A DNA stretch of 64,000 nucleotides from Malacoraja senta (taxonomy: Eukaryota). The DNA lies in the NCBI GenBank assembly GCA_038087875.1, contig CM075988.1, positions 11,286,001-11,350,000 on the forward strand, read 5' to 3'. Below the pieces are notes generated by a model. It ran no database searches, was not told the DNA's origin, and worked only from the letters and a program-made list of their open reading frames with translations. This document shows positions 1 through 12,020 of the stretch, in pieces (within the stretch, counting starts at the first letter, position 1; each line of letters opens with the position of its first letter). Made by a program: the position numbers and the translations under genes.

Positions 1-432
1 ATTGGTTTAAAGAGAGAATAAATGAATCAATTTGGGCTGAGAGGCCGTGACTAGTACAGTGATGCTGTGAATAGCAAACTGTCCACAATCTAAATAAATC
101 ATTTGGATTCAAGTACGAAATGAAGTGATTTATTTAAATTGATTTTTTTGTTGTTGATTTTGCTTCTGTTTACTGGGCGTTGCAATAAAGCTTGACCTGT
201 TAATTGCTTGACTGTGGTTTAGTATCTAAGTGCTGGTCTGTTGAAGTGGAATTGGAGTGCAGAAGCGCTTTGTTTCCCTCCACGCAACATTCACGGAGCC
301 ATGGAGTTAATCGGCACAGGAACAAGACTTTCAATCCTTAAGTTGCACATCTCATGACATCGCAGGCTGAGCCATGCATCTTTCATTCAACGATGGCTGT
401 AATCCTTGGTGGAAGAACTACAAACTCCATTG

Positions 433-790
433 TTCATAAGGTCATAAGGAATAGGAGTAGAATTAGGATTTTCGGCCCTTCTCTGCCTCTACTCTGCCAT
501 TCAATCATGGCTGATCTATCTCTCCACCCTAACCCCATTCTCCTGCCTTCTCCCCCTAACCTCTGTCACCTGTACTAATTAAGAATCTATCTATTTCTGC
601 CTTAAAAATATCCACTGGCTTGGCCTCTACAGCCTTCTGTGACAAATAATTCCACAGTCACCACCCTCTGAATAAAGACATTTCTCCTCATCTTCCTAAA
701 AGAATGTCCTTTAATTCTATGACCTCTAGTTCTAGACTCTCCCACTAATTGAAACATCTTATCCATATCCACTCTATCCAATTATTAACT
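433..790 (-). mobile_element. CR1/HER1-like LINE 3' fragment
   Basis: Reverse-complement CR1-type 3' end (cataaggtcataagg tail, ccattcaatcatggctgatc, aaccccattctcctgccttctcc) followed by degenerate ORF2 end. Confidence 0.8.
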
Positions 791-1581
791 TACAAGTAAA
801 TGAAGAACACTTCTTGCAATGTTTTGAAAAGGGTATTTAATTTAAATCTGCCATGTTATATCAACGTCCTGCAAACAGCATCTGCTAGTTTCACTTTTCA
901 ACGGGAAATTAGTCACTGAATTTCCTTTCATTGATCACAGTCTTTTCTTTTTAGCAGATGTTGCATTTGGCAAGAACTAGTCCATCGAGTAATCCATACT
1001 GGACAGGAGCATTCATAGGGCAGGAGCCAGATCATCGTGGGAGGAGGGTAGCTTCAGTGCAATAAGCCTCCCGCCACCGTCCCTTCCAAGGAAACTTTTG
1101 CTGTGGACTTTGTGGGCCGAAGGGCCTGTTTCCACACTGTATCTCTACAGTAAACTATTGCGGTTGCCATGGAAAGAAGTTAAAGCAATCTACAGCAAGG
1201 AAACAGCCATTTGGCTCAATTCACTCATGTCAACTCAGTGGGCACCCTTCTTTATTCATCACCAAGACTTGGGCCTTTTTTCCTGGCCAATTCAAGTTCT
1301 CATCTAGACAATGCTGTCAGTAACCCAGCTTCAACCCTTCTCTCCATCAATGCGCTATGGTGCTTCTGTGAAGAAAGTGCTTTTCATATCCCCAATAAAT
1401 CTTTTCACCCTTCCCCCAAATCTTTCTTGGTCAGCATTGATGAGTTGGGCCAAATGGACTGTTTCCATGCTGCACATCTCTATGACTTCTAATTACCTCT
1501 AATTAATTAGAGTTACCTCTAATGTTTCTATGTCTGATGTAGGGAAACATTTCCTGCAGTCAACCTTAACTATACCCAATC

Positions 1582-1871
1582 GTAGAGTTGCTCCCTTAGA
1601 GCACCAGAGACCCGGGTTTGATCCTGATGACAGGTGTTGTCTGGACAAGTTTGTACTTCCGCTCTGTGACCACATGGATTTTCTCCAGGTGCTCTGGTTT
1701 CCCCCCACACTCCGAAGACGTACAGGTCTGTAGGTTAATTGGCTTCTGTAAATTGTCCCTTGTGTGTAGGATAGTGTTCGTGTTAGTGTACAGAAATTGT
1801 TGGTCTGTGCAGAATCGGTTGGATGAAGGGCCTGTTTCCACGTTGTATCTCTAAAGTAAACTAAAGTAAAC
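1582..1871 (+). mobile_element. tRNA-derived V-SINE (HE1-like)
   Basis: Partial head with B-box-like gggtttgatcc, V-domain ggtttcccccacactccgaagacg, tail gggcctgtttccacgttgtatctctaaagtaaactaaa. Confidence 0.85.
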
Positions 1872-2333
1872 ACTGTACATAAGACTCTTTAAGTCTTATG
1901 GTTCTATCTATGCTGCAAAAACACTGCAGCGGCAAATTCTGCACCGATGTCCAGACAAGAACCTTCTCTCCAGAGATGCTCCCTGTCCTTCTGAGTTACT
2001 CCAGCATTTATGTCTATCTCCACTCTCCGTTTTTCCAGTTCACTCTACTCCCCCAATTTGGGCAAGGCAACATCTGGTAGCCAATAAAGGAATTATCCCG
2101 ACAGTTAAACTTTCAGGAAGGCAATAGGAATTTGGATATTAATTTTTATTTATTCATTCTTCTGAATAGTATTGACTATATTTTTTACTTCACTGCAGAA
2201 ATTTCCAGAACCACTAAAGCTGTTGAATGTTAAATCTATGTTGTTGAGAATGACACATCCATCCATCCCATATTTGCATATATTAAACACATCACATACT
2301 TAATTTAAGGAGGCAAGTTCTTTGCTTGTCTGT

Positions 2334-2657
2334 CACCGTGGCGCAGCGGTAAAGTTGCTGCCTTACAGAGAATGCAGCGCCGGAGACCCGGGTTCGATCC
2401 CGACTACGGGTGCTGTCTATATGGAGTTTGTACGTTCTCCCCGTGACCGCGTGGGTTTTCTCCGAGATCTTCGGTTTCCTCCCACACTCCAAAGACGTAC
2501 AAGTTTGTAGGTTAATTGGCTTGGTAAATGTAAACTTTGTCCCTAGTGTGTGTAGGATAGTGTTAATGTGCGGGGATCGCAGGTCGGCGCGGACCCGGTG
2601 GGACAAAGGACCTGTTTCCGCGCTGTATCTCTAAACTAAGAAAACTAAACTAAACTA
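2334..2657 (+). mobile_element. V-SINE, full length
   Basis: A box tggcgcagcgg, B box ggttcgatcc, V domain, (ctaaa)n tail. Confidence 0.92.
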
Positions 2658-2839
2658 ATGGTTCCTACTCTGAGCTGTGTTCACCATTTAAATGCACGTC
2701 GGTGGGACAGCAATATATTTATTACGCTTGGTTTGAAAGCTTTTCTGAAGGCGACAGAGATGAAAAGTGTCGTACCTCTTAATTTTGAGGCCTTTGTGAC
2801 AACTAAAGATAAATTATAGAACATCTTCCATGCACTCAG

Positions 2840-3100
2840 TTGTAATTCTCTGCCTCAGCTGTCAATCAGTGACGCTTGTAAACATAATTCCTTTTCCATT
2901 AATTTCCTCCACATTTCATGTGCGAGTTAATTAAAGGGAAAATCGCTGAAGATAAATGATATTTGGAGATGTGTCCTGAATCAAAACTGCTGGTTCCCTC
3001 ATCGGTTTCAATTTCAGCTACAGAAATCTGCATTTATGTAGCGGTGTGGTACCAAATGCTTCACAGCCTTGTTTTTGAGGGAGTTTTCACACTTTGCCAT
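2840..3100. promoter_or_regulatory. Candidate conserved non-coding element
   Basis: Repeat-free; CTGTCAATCA (Pbx-Meis decamer reverse complement) 2859-2868, TGTAAACA Fox site 2877-2884, ttaattaa. Confidence 0.4.
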
Positions 3101-3774
3101 ATCAAGTGTGTCGAGAGTGTTTTATTGTCATATGTCCAGAAACGAACAATGAAATTCATACTTGCAGCAGCACCACAGGCTGAGCCATGGTAGAACTATG
3201 GCAGAAATCCTTTGTGAAAGAACTACAAACTCATAAGGTCATAAGGAATAGGAGTAGAATTAGGACTTTCGGCCCATCAAGTCTACTCTGCCATTCAATC
3301 ATGGCTGATCTACCACTCCTAACCCCATTCTCCTGCCTTCTCAATGGTGGGATCAATTCTATCCAAAGGGCATTTACTCAGTTAATGTGAAACTGCTATG
3401 CAGAGAAGTTAGTGTGGATGATAGCAAGGATTCAAACTGGTAAAAGATATGTGAATAATATGTAAACTATTCATCATTTTTTTTCTCCTATGATGAAACA
3501 ATGAGGAGAAATAAAAAGTGATCATTATATCCCTTCAGCTTTAAATTCTCCACCACAAAAAAAATCACAAATGAGCTTATTGACCTGCCCAACATAATTT
3601 CACTCTTTCCTGCACTATGTACTTGCTCAGATAAATTATGAAGCATTGGCATGAGGTAGTTGGAGAATTGAATTATGGAAGGAATGTTCTTCCCCTCTGT
3701 AATCGGGATTCTGAATAGTCCTTCCATACGCAAGGGTACAGTCCAATTCTCAAACCAATTTAATTGGGGATGTT

Positions 3775-3980
3775 AGACTTTGTCTCCGGAACTGTTATGC
3801 AACAATGCTGAGAAATGTATTCTGCACTCTGTGTCTTTCCCTTTGCTCTACCTGTTTTACTTGAGTTTGGCTTGATTGGTTTCATGTGTAATTTTATCTG
3901 ATTTGATTTTCATAGCATGCAAAACAAAGCCTTCCACTGTACCTCAGTACACATGATAATGACAAACCTAAACCTAAATA
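3775..3980 (+). mobile_element. Rex1/Babar-type LINE 3' UTR remnant
   Basis: Ends in aagccttccactgtacctcagtacacatgataat...aaacctaaacctaaa, similar to tails at 16290-16330 and 63810-63860. Confidence 0.6.
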
Positions 3981-5159
3981 AAGTTGTTTTAAATGAAGCA
4001 ATGCGCCTTAATATGTAGACAGCTACAGACTGGGTACTAAATGTTCAAACAGGTGATTGTTTCCATTGGATTTACGCAATGTCCTGACCGATTCAATAAC
4101 AGAGCCCTTGGTCCAGAGGTTCAAGAGCTATTGAAGTTCTTTCAAAGTGAACCATGACTTGCCTATATGGTATGAAGAGGAGAAAAAAAATGGTTTCTGG
4201 TTGCAGACTTGAGACTGGTGGCTGGAATTTGATGAAAAAAAATTAAAACTGCTGGTGGAACTCACCAGGTTGAACAGCATCTGTGGGGAAGGGAATTATT
4301 GATGATTCGGGTCAAGACCCCGCAATGGTTTCTTTTTACAGCTTAGTCCTGTGAAGGAGAATAAACGTTGTTACCAGGGAGGTCTCGTAGTATTCAGCCA
4401 GCATCTTCTTGAGTAATGTTGAGATTTTATTTTCTAACATGATTTCAACAAATCAATTATTCAGGCTGAAGATACTTCCTACAAAATGTATGTGGGTCTG
4501 CAGAGATTTCAATTGCTATGCAGATATCTTTTACCCGTCTGAATCCTTCATAGTTGCTTCACAAGCTGCAATGGTTTTCAGTTCAACACCAGCTGAGAGG
4601 AGATGCCAGAGGTGCCAGATATGATTGCAATGTTGAAGGCTTACATCTGAAAATAAACGTAATACATTCAATGTAATCACAATGAAGTGTGTACACTATG
4701 AGAAAAGAGTGAACTATAAGATCTTATCATTCCTGATTTACCACAGTGTGAGGGTGAGATCTTAATCCTTAGTCATAGCAGAGAATTTAACTATCTAAAA
4801 CCCGCTGAGATATTTTCCATGTGGCACGACTACCTTCCATTCTAATCTCTGTAGTTTCCATGCATTCACACTTAATCTGCAACAAGGTGAGTCAAATGGG
4901 AAAAAAAAAACCTTATGACTAACTGATCTTATTTGCCTCAATAAAAGACGGCTCACTAGCGATCCAATTTAACACTGAGATGGAAAAAAACCAGAGGATT
5001 TATTTTATAAAACCTAAGTCTAATGGAGGCTTTACTGATTCCGAGGAGTAATGGATGGATATTAAAAGTCAGGGAAGTCAGACTACAAGTTATTTTTCCA
5101 AATTCTATGGTAATTTATGATGAAATGAGGAAAGCAGGCAAAATACTTTTAAAGCTGTT

Positions 5160-5468
5160 CTAGTTTAGTTTTGTGATACAACATGGAAAGCAAGTCCATG
5201 CCAACCATCGATCACCAATTCCCACCAGTTCTATGTTATCCCACTTTCTAATCCACACCCTACACACTATGGGCAATTTACAGTGGCCAATTATCCTATG
5301 AACCAACATGTCTTTGGGATGTGGGAGGAAACCGGAGCATCCAGGGAAAACCCATGTGGTCTTCGGGAGAACGTGCAAACTCTACATAGACAGCACCTGA
5401 TGTCAGAATCGATCCTGGGTGTCTGGCATTGTGAGGCAGCAGCTCTACCAGCTGCGCTACTGTGCCAC
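5160..5468 (-). mobile_element. V-SINE
   Basis: Reverse complement of SINE tail, V domain (gtgggaggaaaccggagca) and tRNA head. Confidence 0.85.
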
Positions 5469-5679
5469 TTACAAAATGGATTGTTACTATAAGAGCATCG
5501 TGGCAGGGATTAAAACGTCAGGAAGATGAAATTCCATGGTAAATAAGTTCAATATGGATGTGTACTTGTTCGTTGGCAGTATCTATGCCATAAAGCTCTG
5601 GCTCAACAGAAATCCCTTTTAAAAGCATATGTTTTTGAGGTGGAATGGTTTCTTCCTCATTCTAATATTCACACAAAGA

Positions 5680-5988
5680 GGGCGACAAATTGGCGTAGCG
5701 GTAAAGTTGCTGCCTTACAGTGCCAGAGACCCATGTTTGATCCTGACTATGGGTGCTGTCTGTGCGGAGTTTGTACGTTCTCCCTGTGACCGCATGGTTT
5801 TTTTCCTGGTGCTCTGGTTTCCTCTGACCCTCCAAAGATGTACAGTTTTGTAGGTTAATTGGCTTTGGGAAGATTGTAAATTGCCCCGAGTGTGTAGGAT
5901 AGTGCTAGTGTATGGGATGTTTGCTGGTCGGTGGGGACTCTTTGAGCCGAAGGGCCTGTTTCCAAACAGTATCTCTAAAGTCTAAAGT
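5680..5988 (+). mobile_element. V-SINE
   Basis: Head tggcgtagcggtaaagttgctgcc, V domain, ctctaaagtctaaag tail. Confidence 0.88.
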
Positions 5989-6367
5989 TGAACAAATTTG
6001 AGCAAAGACTGCTTTGATATTTTGACTATAATTTACAACTGGTTTTCTCAAAGCTAGAATCGTTCACCGAATGAGCCAATTTGCATCCTGCTGACCACTG
6101 ATGGTCCTTGCATAGTTTGTGAGAAAAGGGTCATAAACATTGCAATTGTGACCTGTAATTTTCAGAGTTTGCTCCCTTAATCAGTTTAGGATTAATTGTT
6201 AAATTTGAAAACATTATTGAAGAGTCCATTCTGTCACAAAGGTAGTTTATGCATCTGCACTTTATGGTGCAGGAATTGCAATTCATATGAGGCAGAATTG
6301 GAAATGGTTTGCACTGCTTTCATGAAAAAGATGCTGCAGCAATGATGGACAAGTGTAGTAAACCACA

Positions 6368-6455
6368 GGTACACAAAAATGCTGGAGAAACTCAGCGGGT
6401 GCAGCAGCATCTATGGAGCGAAGGAAATAGGAAACTTCAGACGGTTTTGCACACA
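6368..6455 (-). mobile_element. Short Penelope-derived element with 14-bp TSD
   Basis: Matches reverse complement of the Penelope 3' end; TGTAGTAAACCACA duplicated at 6354-6367 and 6456-6469. Confidence 0.75.
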
Positions 6456-8217
6456 TGTAGTAAACCACATGTGTGCGAATCAGATCTCCAGCAACGTAAG
6501 GCCCTGTTTAGGATGAGAGTTCCAAGAACATCTCTCGCCGTACCTGCTGTCATGACCTTTGCAAGCAGATGCTGACATATTTGATTTCATTCCCTGGTTT
6601 CACATGTTATGTTGGTTGTTGCTGTCTGGCACAACTCTGCACACAAGCAGGAATTTTAATTTGCAAACTGGCATTCCTGCAGAAACCTGTAATTCGATTG
6701 AAAGAAAATACATATGGAGACATCATTTACCCTGGCACATCCTATTGGGAGACATCTGTTGATCTGATGATTTCTAATGCAAAAGAAACGTGTGGAAGTT
6801 AAACACTGCCACTGCCTTGGCAGTCAGGAATCCCACTGTGCAGAAGAAGGCCCATTAGAGTTCACTTTGCCAGATCGTAGCCAACATGGTCCATGCCTCA
6901 CAGACACCCTCCCCTGACCAACACGAGAACCACAGCCACAATATTCTTCTGTCCTGCTGATATCTCTGTCTCAGTCACTCTATGAGGTTCGTGAAGTCAT
7001 GAATGGTGTCTGGGTCGCAGGCAGTGGAAACTAAAGTTGTACTGAGGGATTACATGAAAGGTTACTGCCGCTATTTCACTGGAGAATACTCAGCATATAT
7101 CAGGCTTCAATCATGTGAGACTTGAAGTATACCATGGTACGGACCAGGACCTGTTGATCTTGAGGAACTTCAGCAGTTTATTCTTGTCCTCCATATTCCC
7201 TATGATCTAACTTTGCTTTCTGAGGTCTTTGATTTTAGTTTTGAGATCGATAGTTTCTCGTATTTCTGACCCCAGGCTTTCTTAAAAGATTTGTTATTTC
7301 TCTCTTACTGCATAACAACTTCCACCAATGTTTCGTCTTGTAGTGAAAACAAAAATCTGGTTTTCATAGGCCCAGTCCAATGGTCATAGATGTGCTTCTC
7401 CAAAAATCAATGGCCCCAATTTGGAGACCTCCTTTAAATACCTTTAAATATTTATTGGCTTCTTTCTGTTTTGGAAATTAAGATTTTTGATTGATCAAGC
7501 TTAATGGATTCAATTAATTTGTATTTCTCTAACAGTCTTGTCTAAAAATTTATAAAATAATTTATTGACATTCCTGTCCTTGGAAATGTTCACTTCAATT
7601 CCTTTATTGTCATCTTGCAAGCAACAGTTGTGCAGTGCAAAACGAAAAGACGTTTCCCAGGGAATTCCCAGAGCATCGCACATGAAGTTTAAAACATTTC
7701 ACACATAATAATAACAACACTAAAACAATCCAGTCCCTGGTGGAACAGTATAAAGTTAAAATAGATAAAAACAACGTTAAAATACAGTATGACCACTTTG
7801 CTCGGTCATAACCAGAAAATGTAATACATTTTTTTTTTAAAGAATTCTTTTTTTCTGACAGCAACAGAAAAAGTATTCTTATTATCTTGGAAGTTGCAAT
7901 TTATTGTGACTGCTACGTATAGACTCACCCGCAAAACTTCTAAGCATAGTCAAAGGTGATTTCACAAGTTAAGCAAGCCTTCTGGACAGCCTATCACATT
8001 ATTGGATGATATACCATTGGATACACAGTTAAATGTTATTTACTTGATGCGGCAGCCTGGAGACCATATGGGTCATCTCATGTAAGTATCAAATATTTAC
8101 CTTAGGCTAAACCCATCAGTCAAATTTATTTCAAATAAAAAGAATTACCCATTTGTTTGTAAGGTAATTAGACAAAACCACTGATACACAGCAAGAATTC
8201 TTAAGAACATAAGATTA

Positions 8218-8538
8218 GGGTGGCACGGTGTCACAGCGGTGGAGTTGCTGCCTTACCGCGCCTGAATCCTGGGTTCGAACCTGACTACAGGTGCTGTCTG
8301 TATGAAGTTTATATGTTCTCCCTGTGACCAGCGATTCCCGGTGGGTTTTCTCTGAGATCTTGGGTTTCCTCCCACACTCCAAACACATACAGGTTTGTAG
8401 GTTAATTGGCTTGGTATAAATGTAAATTGTCCCTGTTTGTTTAGGATAGTGTTAATGTACGGGAGTCACTGGTCTGTGCAGACTCAGTGGGCCGAAGGGC
8501 ATATTTCTGCGCTGTATCTCTAAACTAAACTAAACTAA
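8218..8538 (+). mobile_element. V-SINE inserted in the tail of a degenerate CR1
   Basis: ggcacggtgtcacagcgg head, ggttcgaacc B box, (ctaaa)n tail; minus-strand CR1 3' sequence resumes at about 8540. Confidence 0.88.
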
Positions 8539-8539
8539 G

Positions 8540-8990
8540 TACATAGCAGGAGTAGGCCACACAGGCCACCAACCTTGCCCCACCATTCATTGTGATTATG
8601 GCTGATCTGCCTCCTGCCTCATCTCCTCTTCTTTGCCAAAGCTTTGAATTCCCTGATCATTGAAAAACTAAAACATTTACTTCTTCCTCATATAACCCAA
8701 TTATAACTCCTCCACAGCTCTTGGAGTGGAAAATTCCAGGTTCACTGATGCCTGCGAGAAACACTTGGAACGCCTTTTAGTTTTTGAATTACTCCCTAAT
8801 CTTGTAACTAAGTCTCCTTATTCCAGACCCCCCCCATGTGGGAAACAGGTCAACATCCACATTTCCATGCCCACTCATGTTCCAATAAAGCCATCATTCT
8901 TCTAAACACACCAAATATGGTTGGAATTTCTGCAGCCACAATATCCCTCTGGAATTAGTCATGTGGATTTCTTCTGGACTGCCTCAAATG
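8540..8990 (-). mobile_element. Degenerate CR1-like LINE 3' fragment
   Basis: gcaggagtaggcca...attatggctgatctg and decayed ORF2-end motifs. Confidence 0.6.
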
Positions 8991-9029
8991 CCAGTAGATG
9001 ATTTGTTAATTAAAATCTGTACATATCTC

Positions 9030-9842
9030 TGGGTGTGGCCACACCAGTACTCATGCACACTTGTCACCGGCTCGCTAGGGAATTTGTGTGTGTCCCCCCC
9101 CCCCCCCCATGTTTTAAAGTGATTTACTATGGCTCCCATCTGTCCCCGTGGCTGGGGTGGGGGGTGAATCACCAGGTGTGGGTGTCGGAGGTGAATCACC
9201 GTGTGTGTGGGTTGTGGGTCGGGGGGTGAATCACCCTGGTGTGGGGGTTGGGGATCGATCGCCGTCAGTGACTCTGGGTGGGCGGAGGGACCAACCTGTC
9301 CCACACCTCTGCTCCACCCGACCCACAGCCGTCACAGTGCGGCCGCATGGGGAGACAAGGCGGAGGACGGCCATGGCCGTGGGAGAGTGGGGGCTGTCCC
9401 GAGCGATGCTCTCCTTCGGCCGCTTACAACTTGGTGCTTGGGTTTAGAGTGCCCAGTCACCTATGGCTTGTGTGGGAAAATTACCCCCACCCTCCCGTCT
9501 CCACCGGCCAGTGATGTGATGGACGCGGGAGTCTGGACCAATCGCTGACAAGTCCCGCCCCCTCCCCCCCCCCCCGCGACGTCATGTCCATTATTTGGCT
9601 TTTCGGCAGAGCGGCCTTTCGGTGAGTTGTCTTGTAGGCGATGCAGCCTTTCGGTAAGTTGGTGTTTCGGCATAGCGGCCTTTCGGTGAGTTTGCTTTTA
9701 GGCATCCCACCCTTTCGGTTAGTTGGCTTTTCGGCTTTGTACGCTTTCGGTTATTTGGCGTTTTGGCTTTGTTTCCATTCGGTTATTTGGCTTCCACTTC
9801 TTTGCTTCGGCTTCTCGTCCTTCGACGCCACGTCCGGGCACC
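9030..9842. mobile_element. GC/CpG-rich composite insert, probably a DNA-transposon remnant with periodic subterminal repeats
   Basis: Sharp GC increase; three GGTGAATCACC palindromes; 16-bp periodic ttcgg array 9601-9785; ends gtccgggcacc. Confidence 0.5.
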
Positions 9843-10814
9843 AATTAATACAGGCATTATCTCAATTTCTAAAAATAAAATGCTATTTAAAATAGATCAA
9901 TTTTTATGCCAACAAGTATTTACCAGTCAAGGCATATGAGACAAACTTAACAGCCTGGAGGAGATATTCGTTTTAGTTTGCACTGGTGATGTCCAAGTTG
10001 ATAATTTCCTGGTAATTGGTCAAATATTTAACATTGATCACAGTTAGCAAGATTAATAACAAATTGATCTGATCTTTTGCCAAAAGATATTAGGTATTTA
10101 ATGGTTCACAAGCTGTACAATTTTAAGGATTTTCATTTCACATCCTCTACTCTAAATGATGTCTTTATGCTCCTTGTTCCCATGCCAATGTCTTTGGCTA
10201 AGTTTTGTTTCAAAATTGATCTCATCCAACTATTCAACTTAAGTTGTGTTCATCTTTGCTTAGTTGGATAATATTTATAGCTATGACAGTCTTCAATTGT
10301 GTGAACTGACTATAATTCATTTGCACTTATTATGAGCAAGTCACATTTGTCATGCTAGACATTAATCTACCATGTGTCCAAAGTTGCAGCACACAGACTC
10401 ACCTTGACAGCCAGAATTTCAGTCATTTCTGAACTCGGTGGGTTCAGCTAGAAACAATTCATAGCAGACAAAAAAACAGATTTGTGAGACTCAAAACCAA
10501 GTAAACAGGGACAAGCACTGTAGAAAGCTGGCTGAGCAAGGTTGAGAAAAGGTGACCTGATCTAACCCACTTCCAATATTGTGTTTGTAGCAGACTAGAG
10601 CTTTTCAAATACACATCCAAACATTTCTCAAATGTAGAAACAAAGAATGTCAGATGCGAGTTTATACCAAAGATAGGCACAACGTGCTGGAATAACTCAG
10701 CATTTCAGGCAGTATTTCTGTAGAATAAGGATTGGAGGTGTTTTGGGTCAGGACCTCTCTTCAGACTGCTTTAAAAATTATACTGAAAGTTATTAAAGAA
10801 TTGAAAGGTAATTA

Positions 10815-10990
10815 AAGTACCTTGGACAGAGTTGGGAAGGGATTGGGCAATGCCGGATAGAATATAATCGAGATATATAGAGGTGAGTTCAGTGGAGCTG
10901 GAGCAGGCAGAAACAATGGGTCATGCGGGGCTGAGGAAAGATTAGTGGAGGCTGTGGAGGGCTGATCGCCAGAGGTGATGAAATCAGAGA
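10815..10990 (-). mobile_element. Penelope-like RT N-terminal remnant
   Basis: Minus strand reads approximately SDFITSGD.PSTAS...PIVSACSSSTEL...YLD.IL...QSLP, frameshifted. Confidence 0.6.
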
Positions 10991-11083
10991 TAGTTTGGGA
11001 GTTAATGGACTGGTGCTGCTCAATATATTGTGTTGCTACTTGTTTCTAGTAGTCTTTCAAGCAGTAAGTTCCAGTCCACTCAT

Positions 11084-11478
11084 CATAGAAACATAGAAAA
11101 TAGGTGCAGGAGTAGGCCATTCGGCCCTTCGAGCCTGCACCACCATTCAATATGATCATGGCTGATCATCCTACTCAGTATCCTGTACCTGCCTTCTCTC
11201 CATACCCCCTGACCCCTTTAGCCACAAGGGCCACATCTAACTCCCTCTTAAATATAGCCAATGAACTGGCCTCAACTACCTTCTGTGGCAGAGAATTCCA
11301 CAGATTCACCACTCTCTGTGTAAAAAATGATTTTCTCATCTCGGTCCTAAAAGACTCCCCCCTTATCCTTAAACTGTGACCCCTTGTTCTGGACTTCCCC
11401 AACATCGAGAATAACCTTCCTGCATCTAGCCTGTCCAACCCCTTAAGAATTTTGTAAGTTTCTATAAGAATCAATCCC
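11084..11478 (-). mobile_element. CR1/HER1-like LINE 3' end
   Basis: ORF LIETYKILKGLDRLDAGRLF...TRGHSLRI...FFTQRVVNLWNSLP; (ctatgttt)n tail. Confidence 0.93.
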
Positions 11479-11494
11479 AATTCTTAGTGGAATT

Positions 11495-11722
11495 CTCAGT
11501 AGAATTCTCTGCCACAGAAGGCAGTGGAGGCCAATTCACTGGATGTATTCAAGAGAGAGTTAGATATCGCTCTTAGGGTGAATGGAATCAAGTGATATGG
11601 GTTAGAAAGCAGGAACGGGGTACTGATTGTGGATAATCAGCCATGATCATACTGAATGCCGGTGCTGGCTCGAAAGGCTGAATGGCCCACTCCTGAACCT
11701 ACTTTCTATGTTTTCTATGTTT
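11495..11722 (+). mobile_element. CR1/HER1-like LINE 3' end
   Basis: gaattctctgccacagaaggcagtggaggcc...gaatggcc...ttctatgttttctatgttt. Confidence 0.88.
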
Positions 11723-11779
11723 CCTCATATTCCCTCCAGTCCAATTACCAACCACTTTAAATCAACACTCATTAGTTTT

Positions 11780-12020
11780 TGTGTAGGAAGGAACAATTGG
11801 TTTACACCGAAGATAGACACAAAATGCTGGAGTAACTCAGTGTCTCTGATTTAATGCAGCATCTCTGGAAAAAAGGAAAGGAGTTTGATTTTTGCCACCT
11901 CTGCTAAAATAAACAGATCCTTCTTCTGAAGAAGGGTTTCGACCCGAAACTTTGCCTATTTCCTGTTCCATAGATGCTGCCTCACCCGCTGAGTTTCTCC
12001 AGCATTTTTGTCTTCCTTCT
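11780..12020. mobile_element. Palindromic Penelope-derived element
   Basis: Two inverted arms (aaatgctggagtaactcag / ctgagtttctccagcattt) around ctgaagaagggtttcgacccgaaac. Confidence 0.75.

Noticed and set aside
955..1065. Exon after ttttctttttagcag
   Set aside because: Only a short unrecognisable frame and a weak donor
2334..2415. tRNA gene
   Set aside because: A and B boxes belong to a SINE head that continues into the V domain; no complete cloverleaf
4533..4650. Minus-strand exon (ttttcag ... gg|gtaaaa)
   Set aside because: One open frame with no recognisable peptide; weak donor
9601..9785. CRISPR-like array
   Set aside because: Unit is only 16 bp with a 5-bp core; no cas genes; eukaryotic context
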